DNA of 64,000 bases, taken from the NCBI GenBank assembly GCA_945861875.1, contig CAMAWC010000005.1, positions 684 to 64,683 on the forward strand, given 5' to 3'. Origin of the DNA: Bordetella parapertussis. Lineage in GTDB: Bacteria; Pseudomonadota; Gammaproteobacteria; Burkholderiales; SG8-39. The notes beneath the pieces were generated by a model, which did not search any database, had not been told where the DNA came from, and saw nothing but the letters and a program-made list of their open reading frames with translations. A program made the position numbers and the translations under genes. Position 1 is the first letter of the stretch. Each line of letters opens with the position of its first letter. Shown here one piece after another: positions 1 to 9,624 of this stretch.

Positions 1-927
1 ATCGTGCGCCAGCGGGAAGGTGTCGAGCCCCACACCCAGCGAGATATTGAAAGGCATGGGCGCCGGCGTGGCGCCGGACACAATGTAGTCGGGACGCATC
101 ACCGCGGCAAAGGCGCGGCGCACGCGGGCGCGCTCTTGCGCGAGCTTGGGCACGACGATGGCGATGCGCGCCTTGGGATTGGCTTCGAGGCGCGCCCGCG
201 CCCAGCTTGCGGCGGCGCGCATTTCGTCGCGCGCGGCGTTGAGGGCAATGCGCGCAAGCTTGGCCGCGCGCAGGGTCGGCGCACAGGTATTGACCTCGAC
301 ACCCACGCCGGCAAGCGCGTCGAGCAGCGCGCGCTGCTGCGCCGTGATGATGTCAAAGCCGTAGAGCACGAATAGCGCCGGCTTGCGAATGGCGGCGTCT
401 GAGAGCAGCGGCATCAGCACATCGGGCAGGCGCGCAGAGTCGGTCTGGCGAAAGCGCGCGGTGGCAGCGGCGTATTGCGCCGACCACTCGAGGTAGGCGC
501 GCGCGTCGTCGTTGGCCGGGTAGCCGGCGATGCTGTTCTGCAGGCGCCACGCGTGCGCCACCTGCCAGGCGTCACGGCATTGCGCCGCGGTGGCCGCGGC
601 CGAGAGCAGCGTTTCGGCGAGCTTGGAGTTGCGTATCGCCTCCTCCCACAAGGCCTGCTCCTGCGCCGCCGAGAGCATGAGGGGCAGCTTGGTGGCAAGC
701 GACGAATAGAGCGCGTCTTCGTGCGCGCGCGTGAGCCAGGATGAAAGCGGCAGGATGTCCGCCGTCTCCCAGGATGTTTTACCGGCCGCAGCCTGCGCAT
801 CGTCGAACTCGCGCGCCAGCGCCTGCGCAAGCCGGGTGTTGGGCGTGACCACGGTGATGCCCGCACTGACACCTCCCGCAAGCCGGGCAAGCAGTTGGTC
901 TTTGGCGATGGGCGCGGCGGCGGTCAT
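1..927 (-). CDS. N-terminal part of a large ORF that runs off the left edge; possibly an AddB-like / PD-(D/E)XK helicase-nuclease family protein
   Basis: Absent from the ORF track because there is no stop in the window. I translated it by hand: reverse-strand ATG at 927-925 (MTAAAPIAKDQLLARLAGGVSAGITVVTPNTRLAQALAREFDDAQ...LYGFDIITAQQRALLDAL...). I checked 301-927 and the first three codons at the left edge codon by codon and saw no stop; 10-300 was only read through quickly. The frame spans 309 codons to base 1. The family call rests only on a weak recollection of N-terminal motifs. Confidence 0.5.
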   Translation of the reverse strand, partial: MTAAAPIAKDQLLARLAGGVSAGITVVTPNTRLAQALAREFDDAQAAAGKTSWETADILPLSSWLTRAHEDALYSSLATKLPLMLSAAQEQALWEEAIRNSKLAETLLSAAATAAQCRDAWQVAHAWRLQNSIAGYPANDDARAYLEWSAQYAAATARFRQTDSARLPDVLMPLLSDAAIRKPALFVLYGFDIITAQQRALLDALAGVGVEVNTCAPTLRAAKLARIALNAARDEMRAAASWARARLEANPKARIAIVVPKLAQERARVRRAFAAVMRPDYIVSGATPAPMPFNISLGVGLDTFPLAHD

Positions 928-1059
928 GGACTGCCCATCTTACAAGGCTGGAGGCTCAACGGGTGAGCCTTTGGATGGCATGGCTTTGCCCTATGACAAA
1001 GGGGCAATAGGCTGGAAAGCCCCGATTGGCGCGGGTTTCCAGCATGCCTACCTTTGGCC

Positions 1060-1815
1060 AACCCCATGGATTCCGGGTTCGCCTGCGGCGCCCCGGAATG
1101 ACGAATTATTTGCCGATACCGGAAAAAAACTCCGTCATTCCCGCGCAAGCGGGAATCCATGGGGTTGTATTTGCACCAGTGCAACGAACCCCATGGATTC
1201 CGGGTTCGCCTACGGCGCCCCGGAATGACGAATAAGCCGGGGATGACGAATAATTTGCCGGAGTCGGAACAAAACCGCCGTCATTCCCGCGCAAGCGGGA
1301 ATCCATGGGGTTGTATCTGCACCAGCGCAACGAACCCCATGGATTCCGGGTTCGGCTACGCCGCCCCGGAATGACGAATAAGCCGGGGATGACGAATAAT
1401 TTGCCGGAGTCGGAACAAAACCGCCGTCATTCCCGCGCAAGCGGGAATCCATGGGGTTGTATCTGCACCAGTGCAACGAACCCCATGGATTCCGGGTTCG
1501 CCTACGGCGCCCCGGAATGACGAATAAGCCGGGGATGACGAATAATTTGCCGGAGTCGGAACAAAACCGCCGTCATTCCCGCGCAAGCGGGAATCCATGG
1601 GGTTGTATTTGCACCAGTGCAACGAACCCCATGGATTCCGGGTTCGCCTGCGCCGCCCCGGAATGACGAATAAGCCGGGGATGACGAATTATTTGCCGGA
1701 GTCGGAACAAAACCGCCGTCATTCCCGCGTAAGCGGGAATCCATGGGGTTGGGTTTCTACCTGTTCGACGAACCCCATGGATTCCGGGTTCGCCTGCGCC
1801 GCCCAGGAATGACGG
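1060..1815. repeat. Tandem array of composite palindromic REP units: one 127-bp unit, four 146-bp units and one partial unit (NIME-like, with dRS3-type cores)
   Basis: Unit starts (aaccccatggattcc) fall at 1060, 1187, 1333, 1479, 1625 and 1771. Each unit holds hairpin B (ATTCCGGG..CCCGGAAT) and hairpin A (ATTCCCGCGCAAGCGGGAAT). The near-identical 71-aa and 88-aa track ORFs recur every 146 bp in shifting frames. Confidence 0.95.
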
Positions 1816-1816
1816 T

Positions 1817-2572
1817 CTACGGATTTTGAGGGGTTCCGGCGAGGCTGCCGAGAATCCTTGCCCCTGTCTCGCGCAACATCTGCAACAACCTCCCCACATC
1901 GGAGGTGGCAAACCGCTGTCGGGTAAGAATCAATCCCAACGCCGCGTGGGTTTCGTGCTCGCGACTCGACAAAGGCACGGCAATCCCCACCAACCCGGGA
2001 TCGAGTTCGCCGTGGCTGATGCAATGGCCGGCGCTGCGTATGGTTTTGAGGTTGGCGAGTAAGGTGTCCCAGTCGGCGGCGAAGGCTTCGGCCGCGGCCT
2101 CCGCTGCAGGTGCGGCGTGGATGCGGCGCAATTGGGCGCGCGTCACCGAGGCGAGCAGCATCTTGGAGAGCATGCCGCGATAAAGCGGCATGCTGCGGCC
2201 GCGGCCGTAGGTGGCGCTGATGCCCTCGAGGCCGTGTTCCTGGTGCACGGTGAGGATGCGATCGCCGTAGATGCTGCCCAGCACCACGTCGCAACCGGTC
2301 TGGTCGGCGAGCGCGCGCATCGGTGCGCTGCCGGCAAGCAGCAAGGGGTCGGTGAGGCGGATCTGGTGGTCGAGTTCGATGATGCGCGTGCCCAGCCAAT
2401 AGGTACCGCCCGAGCCGCGACGCAGCAAGCCGGCCGCGGCAAGTTCGCGCACATAGCGATAGGCGGTGGGCCGCGTATAGCCGAGTTTTTCGGCTATGGC
2501 TTCGGCGGTCCAGGCCGGCGCCGTCCCGGTAAAGAGGTCGAGCACGACGAGCATGCGCCTCAGGCTGGACAT
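1817..2572 (-). CDS. IclR family transcriptional regulator
   Basis: 251 aa. N-terminal wHTH (VLDLFTGTAPAWTAEAIAEKLGYTRPTAYRYVRELAAAGLL) followed by an IclR-type effector domain. Confidence 0.85.
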   Translation of the reverse strand: MSSLRRMLVVLDLFTGTAPAWTAEAIAEKLGYTRPTAYRYVRELAAAGLLRRGSGGTYWLGTRIIELDHQIRLTDPLLLAGSAPMRALADQTGCDVVLGSIYGDRILTVHQEHGLEGISATYGRGRSMPLYRGMLSKMLLASVTRAQLRRIHAAPAAEAAAEAFAADWDTLLANLKTIRSAGHCISHGELDPGLVGIAVPLSSREHETHAALGLILTRQRFATSDVGRLLQMLRETGARILGSLAGTPQNP

Positions 2573-2588
2573 CGTCGCGACCGTTGCT

Positions 2589-4100
2589 TCAGGCCGGCCG
2601 CGGCAGGCGCGCGCTCAGGCGTTCTAGTTCCGCGGCGGTGCAGGCACTGCCCATGACATAGCGGTCCGGGCGCAACAACACGGCGCCCACCTTTTGTTCG
2701 AGCAACCACGCGGTGATTTCGGGGCCGGCGTCAGCGAGCACGGTAACGCCACCGTCGCGCCAGCGCTGGCGCGTTGCGGCGCTGACAGCGTAAATCAGGG
2801 CCTCGGTGCCGATGACAGCAAAACCAAGGCCGGTCGCCTCATCGAGCATGCGACCGTCGGCGAGGCGCGGCTGCGGAAACGGCGTGCCCACCGGCGCCGG
2901 GGCCTCATCGTGCAGGCCGGGCCCGAGGCCGGGCGAGGGAAACAGGAACACCTCGGGCTCGCCGTCCTTGAACTGGCGGTCGCGTTCGGCGGCCACCTCG
3001 TGGTCTGTGGTCTGGATGATGTCGCCGAGTTTGACCGCAAGGTCGATAAAAGCGCGCACATGCGGCTCGCGTTCCGATTCGTAGGTGTCGAGCAGGCTGT
3101 CGGCGGCCTTGCCGCGCAACACCATAATGAGTTTCCAGGCGAGGTTGGACACGTCGCGAATGCCGGCGCACATGCCCTGCCCGAGAAAAGGCGGCGTCTG
3201 GTGGGCCGCATCGCCGGCAAGCAGCAAGCGGCCCTTGCGCCAGCCGCGCGCCATGACCGAATGAAAGGTGTAGACGACGCAACGCTCAAGACGGGCGTCT
3301 GCCGGCTTGATCCAGCGGCTGAGCATGGCCCAGACGTTTTCCGGATGGGCGATGGTGGCCGGATCATCACCGGCGAGCAGCATGATTTCCCAGCGGCGGC
3401 GGTTGCCGACGACGTTGCAATAGGTCATCGGCCGCGCCGGGTCGCAATGCTGCACGGTGTGGTCGGGCAGGTCGACTTCGCGATTGAGCAGGATGTCGAA
3501 CACCAGCCAGGGCTGGTGCAGGCCCAGGTCATCCATGCTCGAGCCCATTACGCGGCGCACCAGCGAGCGCGCGCCGTCGCAACCGACGACATAAGAGGCT
3601 TCGATCTCATGCATCACGGCATCTTCGGTGCCCTGCATGCGCAGCGTCACACCGTCAGGCGTGGCTTCGACGGCCGTGACATCCTGGCGCAGGTACACGT
3701 CGACGCCGGTAAAGCGTTGCACGCCCTTGCGCAACACCGCTTCGAGTTCGGGCTGGTGAAAATAATAATTGTTGGCGCAGCCGTGCGGGCCGTTGGCGCT
3801 GTTGCCCCCGCGCACCATCATGGTCTTGCCCTCGGCGTTGACAAAATGCATGCCGCGCGCGCCCGGGCGCGACACCCCGCCTACGGCCTCCTTGAGCCCC
3901 ATGCTCTGAAAAATGCGCATCACCTCGCCGTCAAAGTGAATGGCGCGCGGCATCGGGTAAATGGCGGCGTCGCGCTCGAGCACCACCACCGAAAGCCCGG
4001 CCTGGCCGAGCAGGTTGGCGAGGGTGGCGCCCACCGGCCCGTAGCCGATGATGGCGACGTCGTAGCGCTTGCCCGGCGCGACGCTGGCGAGTTCAGGCAT
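2589..4100 (-). CDS. FAD-dependent aromatic hydroxylase, MhpA-like (3-(3-hydroxyphenyl)propionate hydroxylase family)
   Basis: 503 aa. GxGxxG motif (YDVAIIGYGPVGATLANLL), GDAAH motif, and the family C-terminal region (LLRPDRYV). Confidence 0.8.
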   Translation of the reverse strand: MPELASVAPGKRYDVAIIGYGPVGATLANLLGQAGLSVVVLERDAAIYPMPRAIHFDGEVMRIFQSMGLKEAVGGVSRPGARGMHFVNAEGKTMMVRGGNSANGPHGCANNYYFHQPELEAVLRKGVQRFTGVDVYLRQDVTAVEATPDGVTLRMQGTEDAVMHEIEASYVVGCDGARSLVRRVMGSSMDDLGLHQPWLVFDILLNREVDLPDHTVQHCDPARPMTYCNVVGNRRRWEIMLLAGDDPATIAHPENVWAMLSRWIKPADARLERCVVYTFHSVMARGWRKGRLLLAGDAAHQTPPFLGQGMCAGIRDVSNLAWKLIMVLRGKAADSLLDTYESEREPHVRAFIDLAVKLGDIIQTTDHEVAAERDRQFKDGEPEVFLFPSPGLGPGLHDEAPAPVGTPFPQPRLADGRMLDEATGLGFAVIGTEALIYAVSAATRQRWRDGGVTVLADAGPEITAWLLEQKVGAVLLRPDRYVMGSACTAAELERLSARLPRPA

Positions 4101-4665
4101 GGATGCCAGCCGCGATGCGCCGCTTCATGTCGGCCACCCACTCGGCGCGCGGCTTGAAGTTGGGCAGGCTGCGCGCGGTTTTTTCGGTGTGGGCGAGGAT
4201 CTGCTCGTCCGAGAGCGAAAAATCGACCGTCTCGCGCACCGGTTGTTCGCAATACCAGGGCGTGTCGAAAAACAACTCGATGCGGTTGCCCTCGGGGTCG
4301 CGAAAATAAATCGAGATGGCGTTGCCGTGGGTGACCGGGCGCAATTCGCTGATGCGCCCGGCGCCCTCCTCGGCGAGCAGCAGCGCGTGAAAGCGGCGCA
4401 GGTCGGCGATGCCCCCAACGCGAAACGACATCTGGTTGATGAGGTTGAAAGGCAGGTTGTCCGGCCGCCCCGAGGCAAGCACCACCTGGTGGTGCTCTTC
4501 CGGGTCGCGGCTGAAAAACACCAGTTGCACGGTGCCAAGATTGCCGCGATCGGTGACGACAAAGCCCATGACGCGGCGGAAAAAGTCTTCCATGGCGACA
4601 ATGTCTTTGACAAAAAAGCCGATGTGGCTGAAAGAGACGGCGGGAACGGACGGGTTTGCGCTCAT
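4093..4665 (-). CDS. VOC (glyoxalase/extradiol dioxygenase) family protein
   Basis: 190 aa. VOC-type repeats (FSHIGFFVKD...; ISIYFRDPEGNRIELF). Its stop overlaps the downstream hydroxylase start by 8 nt, which suggests an operon. Confidence 0.7.
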   Translation of the reverse strand: MSANPSVPAVSFSHIGFFVKDIVAMEDFFRRVMGFVVTDRGNLGTVQLVFFSRDPEEHHQVVLASGRPDNLPFNLINQMSFRVGGIADLRRFHALLLAEEGAGRISELRPVTHGNAISIYFRDPEGNRIELFFDTPWYCEQPVRETVDFSLSDEQILAHTEKTARSLPNFKPRAEWVADMKRRIAAGIHA

Positions 4666-4806
4666 GATGTGGACTCTCCGGAACAGGCATTGCGAAGCAG
4701 GAAAAACGCCTTGGGGACCGCTTTACCAGTATTTATTTATCACAATACGATATTTAAAAACTTTAAAGTACTGCTATGGTTTAATTTATTCTATTTTTCT
4801 CATTAT

Positions 4807-4835
4807 TTGACATTATATCAATTTATAATTAATCT
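4807..4835 (+). promoter_or_regulatory. Candidate sigma70 promoter for the TRAP operon (TTGACA-N17-TAATCT)
   Basis: TTGACA at 4807-4812 and TAATCT at 4830-4835, inside a conspicuously AT-rich divergent intergenic region. The call is by motif only. Confidence 0.35.
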
Positions 4836-4918
4836 GCGCGACACACTACACTATGTTGCACGCGGGTCCAAAGCCCGCCGAGCACAGTCCCCCCATGACG
4901 CGCCACCAACCAGGAGGA

Positions 4919-5932
4919 ATGATGAAAACACTAAAACTAAGGGCCGTGGTGTCGATCCTGACGCTGTTCGCAGCTTCGATGGCGTTTGCGCAGCCGGTAA
5001 CGCTGAAATTCGCCAGCTTCGAGCCGGCGCAGGCGACTTTCACCTCGAAGGTGTTCGCGACCTGGGCGGAGGATGTCAGCAAAGCCTCCAATGGCACACT
5101 GAAAATAGAGATTTTTGCCGGTGGCACGCTGGGGCGCAATCCGCTGCAGCAGTTCAAGCTGGTACAGGACGGCGTGGCCGACATTGCCTGGTCGATCGCC
5201 GGCTATACACCGGGGCGCTTCGATGACACCGAGGTCGCCGAGCTGCCTTTCCTGATCAACAATTCCTACGAGGGCTCGATGGTCCTGACGCGACTTGCCG
5301 CCCGAAACGAGCTGGTCGGGTTCGCCGATCTGAAACTCCTCCTCATCGGTTCGGTGCCACCGGTAAGCCTTCACGGCACCTTCCCGATCCGCACGCTCGC
5401 GGACTTGAAGGGCAAGCGCATGCGTGCCGCCAGTTCGCTGACCGGCAAGGTCGTTACCGCAATGGGCGGGGTACCGGTGCTCATTGGCGCGCCACAGACC
5501 ACGGAGGCGATCTCCAAGGGCGTGGTCGACGGTACGCTGGCCGAGTGGAATTTTGTCAACACCTTCAAGGTCTATGAGGTCGCGTTCAACCACATGGCAT
5601 TGCCGCTTGGCGGCACCGCGATCATGGTCTCGATGCTCAAGTCGCGCTACGACGCCCTGCCACCGGCCGCGCGCGCCGCGATCGACAAGTACAGCGGCGA
5701 GGCCTTTGCCAAACGTTTCGCCGCGGTTGGCGACGCCACCATCACCGAGGTACCCGCCGCCCTCGCCAAACGCGGCAAGAACATCATCGTGCAACCGGAT
5801 GCGGCCACGCGCGAGAGCTTCCGCAAGGCGGTGCAGCCGGTTGCGGACGATTGGCGCAAGGAAAAGCCGCGCAACGAGCGGGTCTATCAGGCGTTTGTCG
5901 CCGAACTCGAGCGCGTGCGCGCGGGCAGGTAA
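4919..5932 (+). CDS. dctP: TRAP transporter substrate-binding protein (DctP family)
   Basis: Track ORF 4853..5932 trimmed to the ATG after AGGAGG (4912-4917). The start could equally be 4922. Signal peptide MMKTLKLRAVVSILTLFAASMAFA, then DctP-like sequence. Confidence 0.85.
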   Translation: MMKTLKLRAVVSILTLFAASMAFAQPVTLKFASFEPAQATFTSKVFATWAEDVSKASNGTLKIEIFAGGTLGRNPLQQFKLVQDGVADIAWSIAGYTPGRFDDTEVAELPFLINNSYEGSMVLTRLAARNELVGFADLKLLLIGSVPPVSLHGTFPIRTLADLKGKRMRAASSLTGKVVTAMGGVPVLIGAPQTTEAISKGVVDGTLAEWNFVNTFKVYEVAFNHMALPLGGTAIMVSMLKSRYDALPPAARAAIDKYSGEAFAKRFAAVGDATITEVPAALAKRGKNIIVQPDAATRESFRKAVQPVADDWRKEKPRNERVYQAFVAELERVRAGR

Positions 5933-5962
5933 GGCGGGCGACCTGTTGCGCATGGTCAGTCT

Positions 5963-6460
5963 GTGCTGAGCCACATCGAGCGGGTGATCGAGCGTCTCGC
6001 GCTCGCACTGTCGCTTTCCGCGTCGGTGGTGCTGCTGCTGGTGGCCATCGCCACCATGCTCGATGTGCTGCTGCGCTGGCTGTTCAAGCTGCCGATTCCC
6101 GGCCTCGGGGAGATCTCGGCACTTTTCACCGCAATTGTGGTGGCCGCCTGTTTCCCCATGCTGATCGCGCAGCGCGGCAATGTGACGATCAGCATGATCG
6201 GTACGGCGCTGGGCAAACGCACTACGCGCGCGCTTGATGTCTTTGGCGCGTTGATGAGCGCGCTTTTTTTCAGCGCCATGGCCTGGCAGTACGTGCGATT
6301 CTCGGCCGAGATGACAGGCGCGGGCGAGTCAACGCCGATACTGCGCTGGGCGGTCGGGCCATGGTGGTGGATGGTAACGGCGATGATTGCGATTGCCGCA
6401 GCGATCGCCTTCGTCGTTCTTGTCCGCGAGGCACGGGGCCGGGCAGGCGAGACTTACTGA
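5963..6460 (+). CDS. dctQ: TRAP transporter small permease (DctQ family)
   Basis: 165 aa, GTG start, four hydrophobic segments, located between the dctP and dctM genes. Confidence 0.8.
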   Translation: MLSHIERVIERLALALSLSASVVLLLVAIATMLDVLLRWLFKLPIPGLGEISALFTAIVVAACFPMLIAQRGNVTISMIGTALGKRTTRALDVFGALMSALFFSAMAWQYVRFSAEMTGAGESTPILRWAVGPWWWMVTAMIAIAAAIAFVVLVREARGRAGETY

Positions 6461-6465
6461 GGCGG

Positions 6466-7776
6466 ATGGCCATGGACCCGGTGACGGTGATATTGCTCGG
6501 CCTCGCCGGCATGTTCGCGCTGATTCTCCTGCACGTGCCGCTCGGCGTGGCGATGGGCATCGCCGGCGTCATTGGATTCGGCGTCCTTGCAAGCTTCAAG
6601 CCGGCGTTTACGCTGCTCGCCTCCGAAACCGCCAGCGTGTTTTCCAGCTCCGATCTGGCAACCATACCGCTGTTCATCATGATGGGCGGGTTCGCCAGCG
6701 CGGCGGGCCTGTCCGAAGACTTGTACCGCATGGCTTACGCACTGGTGGGCCACCGGCGCGGCGGACTGGCGATGGCCACCATCGGCGGCTGCGCCGGATT
6801 TGGCGCCGTGTGCGGCTCATCCATTGCCACCACCGCCACCTTCGGACGCGTGGCGCTCCCGCCGATGCTCGCGCGCGGTTACTCGCCGGGCTTCGCCAGC
6901 GGGACGGTCGCCGCCGGCGGCACGCTCGGGATACTGGTGCCGCCCTCGATCATCATGGTGATCTACGCGGTGCTGGCCGAACAGCTGATCATCACGCTCT
7001 ACGTCGCGGCAATCGTGCCCTCCATACTTGCCATCGGGCTGCACTTTGCGGCCATTGCCGCCTATACGCGGTTGCGTCCCGGTGATGCGCCGGCCGGAGA
7101 ACGCCTGCCCTGGACCGAGCGCTTTCGCGAAATCGGGCGCGGCTGGGCGGTGATGCTGCTCATCCTGATCGTGCTGGGCGGTATTTCGTTCGGCGTGTTT
7201 ACGGCGCTCGAAGGCGCCGCGGTTGGCGCCGCGCTGGCTTTCTTTTTCGCGCTGCTGCGCCGCTCGCTCAACGCCAAGACCTTCAAGCGCACCTTGATCG
7301 ATGTGGCAAGCACCACCGCGATGATTTACGTGATCATCATCGGTGCGTCGCTGTTCGGCTATTTCGTCGCCATTTCGCACGCCCCGGAAGCCATGATCAA
7401 AGCCATCACCGGGACCGGGCTGTCGATTCCGGTCATCCTGTTCCTGTTGATGCTGATGTACCTGGTGCTGGGCGCGGTCTTCGACGAGGTTGCGGCGATG
7501 GTGATCACCCTGCCCTTTGTGCTGCCGCTTATCATGAGCTGGGGCTTCGACCCGGTGTGGTGGGGCATCATCAATGTGGTGATCATTGAACTGGGCATGC
7601 TCATTCCGCCGATCGGCATGAACGTTTTCGTGATCCACGGCCTCGCCCCCCAGGTGCCGCTCACCGCGATCTACCGCGGCGTGACCCCCTATATCGTCTC
7701 GAACCTGTTGCGCCTGGCGATTCTGCTTTCGTTTCCGCTACTGTGCCTGTGGCTGCCGGCTTATTTGAAGGGGTAG
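6466..7776 (+). CDS. dctM: TRAP transporter large permease (DctM family)
   Basis: Track ORF 6361..7776 trimmed to the ATG just after the dctQ stop (MAMDPVTVILLGLAGMFALILL...). Polytopic membrane protein of typical DctM length. Confidence 0.85.
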   Translation: MAMDPVTVILLGLAGMFALILLHVPLGVAMGIAGVIGFGVLASFKPAFTLLASETASVFSSSDLATIPLFIMMGGFASAAGLSEDLYRMAYALVGHRRGGLAMATIGGCAGFGAVCGSSIATTATFGRVALPPMLARGYSPGFASGTVAAGGTLGILVPPSIIMVIYAVLAEQLIITLYVAAIVPSILAIGLHFAAIAAYTRLRPGDAPAGERLPWTERFREIGRGWAVMLLILIVLGGISFGVFTALEGAAVGAALAFFFALLRRSLNAKTFKRTLIDVASTTAMIYVIIIGASLFGYFVAISHAPEAMIKAITGTGLSIPVILFLLMLMYLVLGAVFDEVAAMVITLPFVLPLIMSWGFDPVWWGIINVVIIELGMLIPPIGMNVFVIHGLAPQVPLTAIYRGVTPYIVSNLLRLAILLSFPLLCLWLPAYLKG

Positions 7777-7800
7777 CCTGTTGGAGACCAAAGACGTTTC

Positions 7801-9414
7801 ATGGAACAGACCCAGGTACTGATCGCCGGCGCAGGCCCGGTGGGCATGACCCTGGCGCTGGACCTGGCGCGGCGCGGGGTGCGCTCCATCATCGTCGAAC
7901 GCAACCCCACCACTACCGCCCATCCGAAGATGGACATCACCAACGCCCGTTCCATGGAGCTGTTCCGCGCTGCGGGCATCGCCGGTGCGCTGCGCAAAGT
8001 GGCGGTGCCCGAGGACCACTGCTTCGACGTGTCCTGGATCACCAGCTTCACCGGACACGAACTGCATCGTTTTGCCTATCCGAGCGTCGACGCGCATCGC
8101 GCCTGGATACGCGCCCACAACGATGGATCCCAGCCGGCCGAGTCGCCGATGCGCGTCTCGCAGGTCGTGATCGAACCGGCGCTGCGCGCGGCGATCGAGG
8201 CAGAGCCCCTGGTCGATGTGCGCTTCGGCGTGGAGTGCGCGGACCTGTCCCAGGACAGCGCCGGCGTCACCGTCGTGTTGCGCGATCGCAAGACAAATGC
8301 CGGGGCTTCGGTGCGTTGCAGCTATCTGGCCGGGTGCGACGGCGGCTCGAGCATGGTGCGCGAAAATCTCGGCATCGGGCTCGAAGGCGACATGCGCATC
8401 ATGCAGCGTTACATGGTGCACTTTCGCTCGCCGCGGCGCGACCTGCTCATGCGCTGGGGGCGCGCCTGGCACTACCAGTCGGCCCTGGGGACCCTGATCG
8501 CGCAAAACGACGCCGATGTCTGGACCCTGCATGCGCGCCTGCCGGCCGCTGCCGACCCCAGGGCCGCCGACCCCGCGGAATTGGTCGCCCGCTTTGTCGG
8601 CCAGCCAATCGAGCTCGAAGTGCTGGTGGCCAATCCGTGGGTGCCGCACCTGGTGGTGGCCGATGCCTACCAGAAGGGCCGGGTGTTTCTTGTCGGTGAC
8701 GCGGCGCACCAGTACATTCCCACCGGCGGCTATGGCATGAACACCGGTGTCTGTGAAGCTTTCGACCTGGGCTGGAAGCTCGCGGCGACGCTTGGCGGCT
8801 TCGGCGGGCCGGCACTTCTTGCCTCATACGAGATCGAACGGCGCCCCGTGGCGCTGCGCAATCGCGAGGCTTCGAGACGGCATTCCGAGGTGCGGGCGCA
8901 GATCGGCGCCCTCTATGGCCCGGCGCTGTCTGATACCGGCCCGGACGCCGATGCCGCCCGCAGGTCGGCCGCCTCGCGCATCGCACAGCTGGGCAACCTG
9001 GAGAACGAAAGCTGGGGTATCGAGCTTGGCTATGCCTACCGCGCTTCGCCTATCGTGGCAAGGGAGCCCGACGCACGCTGGATCGACGATCCGGCCACTT
9101 ACCATCCCACCAGCGCGCCGGGTGCGCGGCTGCCGAGCGTGTTCCTTCGCGATGGCACTTCGCTCTACGACCGGCTCGGCCGTTGGTTCACGGTCCTGGT
9201 CACCGGCAGGGGCAATGGCGCAGGACTGCTGCGTGCCGCCGGTGCGCTTGGCGTGCCGGCAGTCGAGGTACGCCTGGAAGAGCCGCAACTGGCGCCCTTG
9301 TATGAGGCTGATATTCTTCTTGTGCGACCGGACCAGCATGTGGCCTGGCGCGGCAAAACGCCCGAAACCGACGCCGATGCGCTGGGCATTGTCCGACTCG
9401 CGCTGGGCTGGTGA
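7801..9414 (+). CDS. FAD-dependent aromatic-ring monooxygenase (PheA/TfdB-like)
   Basis: 537 aa. VLIAGAGPVGMTLALDLARRG, GDAAHQ, and a C-terminal LLVRPDQHVAWRG motif. It is a paralogue of the gene at 38555..40282. Confidence 0.8.
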   Translation: MEQTQVLIAGAGPVGMTLALDLARRGVRSIIVERNPTTTAHPKMDITNARSMELFRAAGIAGALRKVAVPEDHCFDVSWITSFTGHELHRFAYPSVDAHRAWIRAHNDGSQPAESPMRVSQVVIEPALRAAIEAEPLVDVRFGVECADLSQDSAGVTVVLRDRKTNAGASVRCSYLAGCDGGSSMVRENLGIGLEGDMRIMQRYMVHFRSPRRDLLMRWGRAWHYQSALGTLIAQNDADVWTLHARLPAAADPRAADPAELVARFVGQPIELEVLVANPWVPHLVVADAYQKGRVFLVGDAAHQYIPTGGYGMNTGVCEAFDLGWKLAATLGGFGGPALLASYEIERRPVALRNREASRRHSEVRAQIGALYGPALSDTGPDADAARRSAASRIAQLGNLENESWGIELGYAYRASPIVAREPDARWIDDPATYHPTSAPGARLPSVFLRDGTSLYDRLGRWFTVLVTGRGNGAGLLRAAGALGVPAVEVRLEEPQLAPLYEADILLVRPDQHVAWRGKTPETDADALGIVRLALGW

Positions 9415-9624
9415 ATGACAGCGCATCGCTCGCCAGGGTGTATGCGCAGGGCGAGGCCTGGATCACGGGGAAAAGCGCGGCCTGGGGATAAACGGATCAG
9501 GGACGACCGGCAATACCGACTGGCATTACAATAGCGTCCCTGCACCGGCCGCCGAGCCCTCAAGCTCCGAAACCCCAGGCCACACCGCAGCACCATCAAT
9601 CGATTACCGTCCGGAGATTTACAA

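Noticed and set aside
975-1010. 'gacaaaggggcaatagg' looked like another Mn-riboswitch seed
   Set aside because: It lacks the GGGGAGUAGC core and has no matching GAGACCUUUG 3' partner.
1060-1815. Possible CRISPR array
   Set aside because: The whole 146-bp unit repeats, including the stretches between the hairpins, so there are no unique spacers. No cas genes are in the window.
1026-1911. Series of near-identical 69-112-aa ORFs on both strands (for example 1159..1374, 1305..1520, 1451..1666 and 1597..1812 on plus; 1210..1476 and 1356..1622 on minus)
   Set aside because: They recur with the 146-bp repeat period, which is not a multiple of 3, so successive copies are in different frames and overlap each other. 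They are translations of palindromic REP DNA (SFPRKRESMG/VIPAQAGIHG-type strings), not genes.
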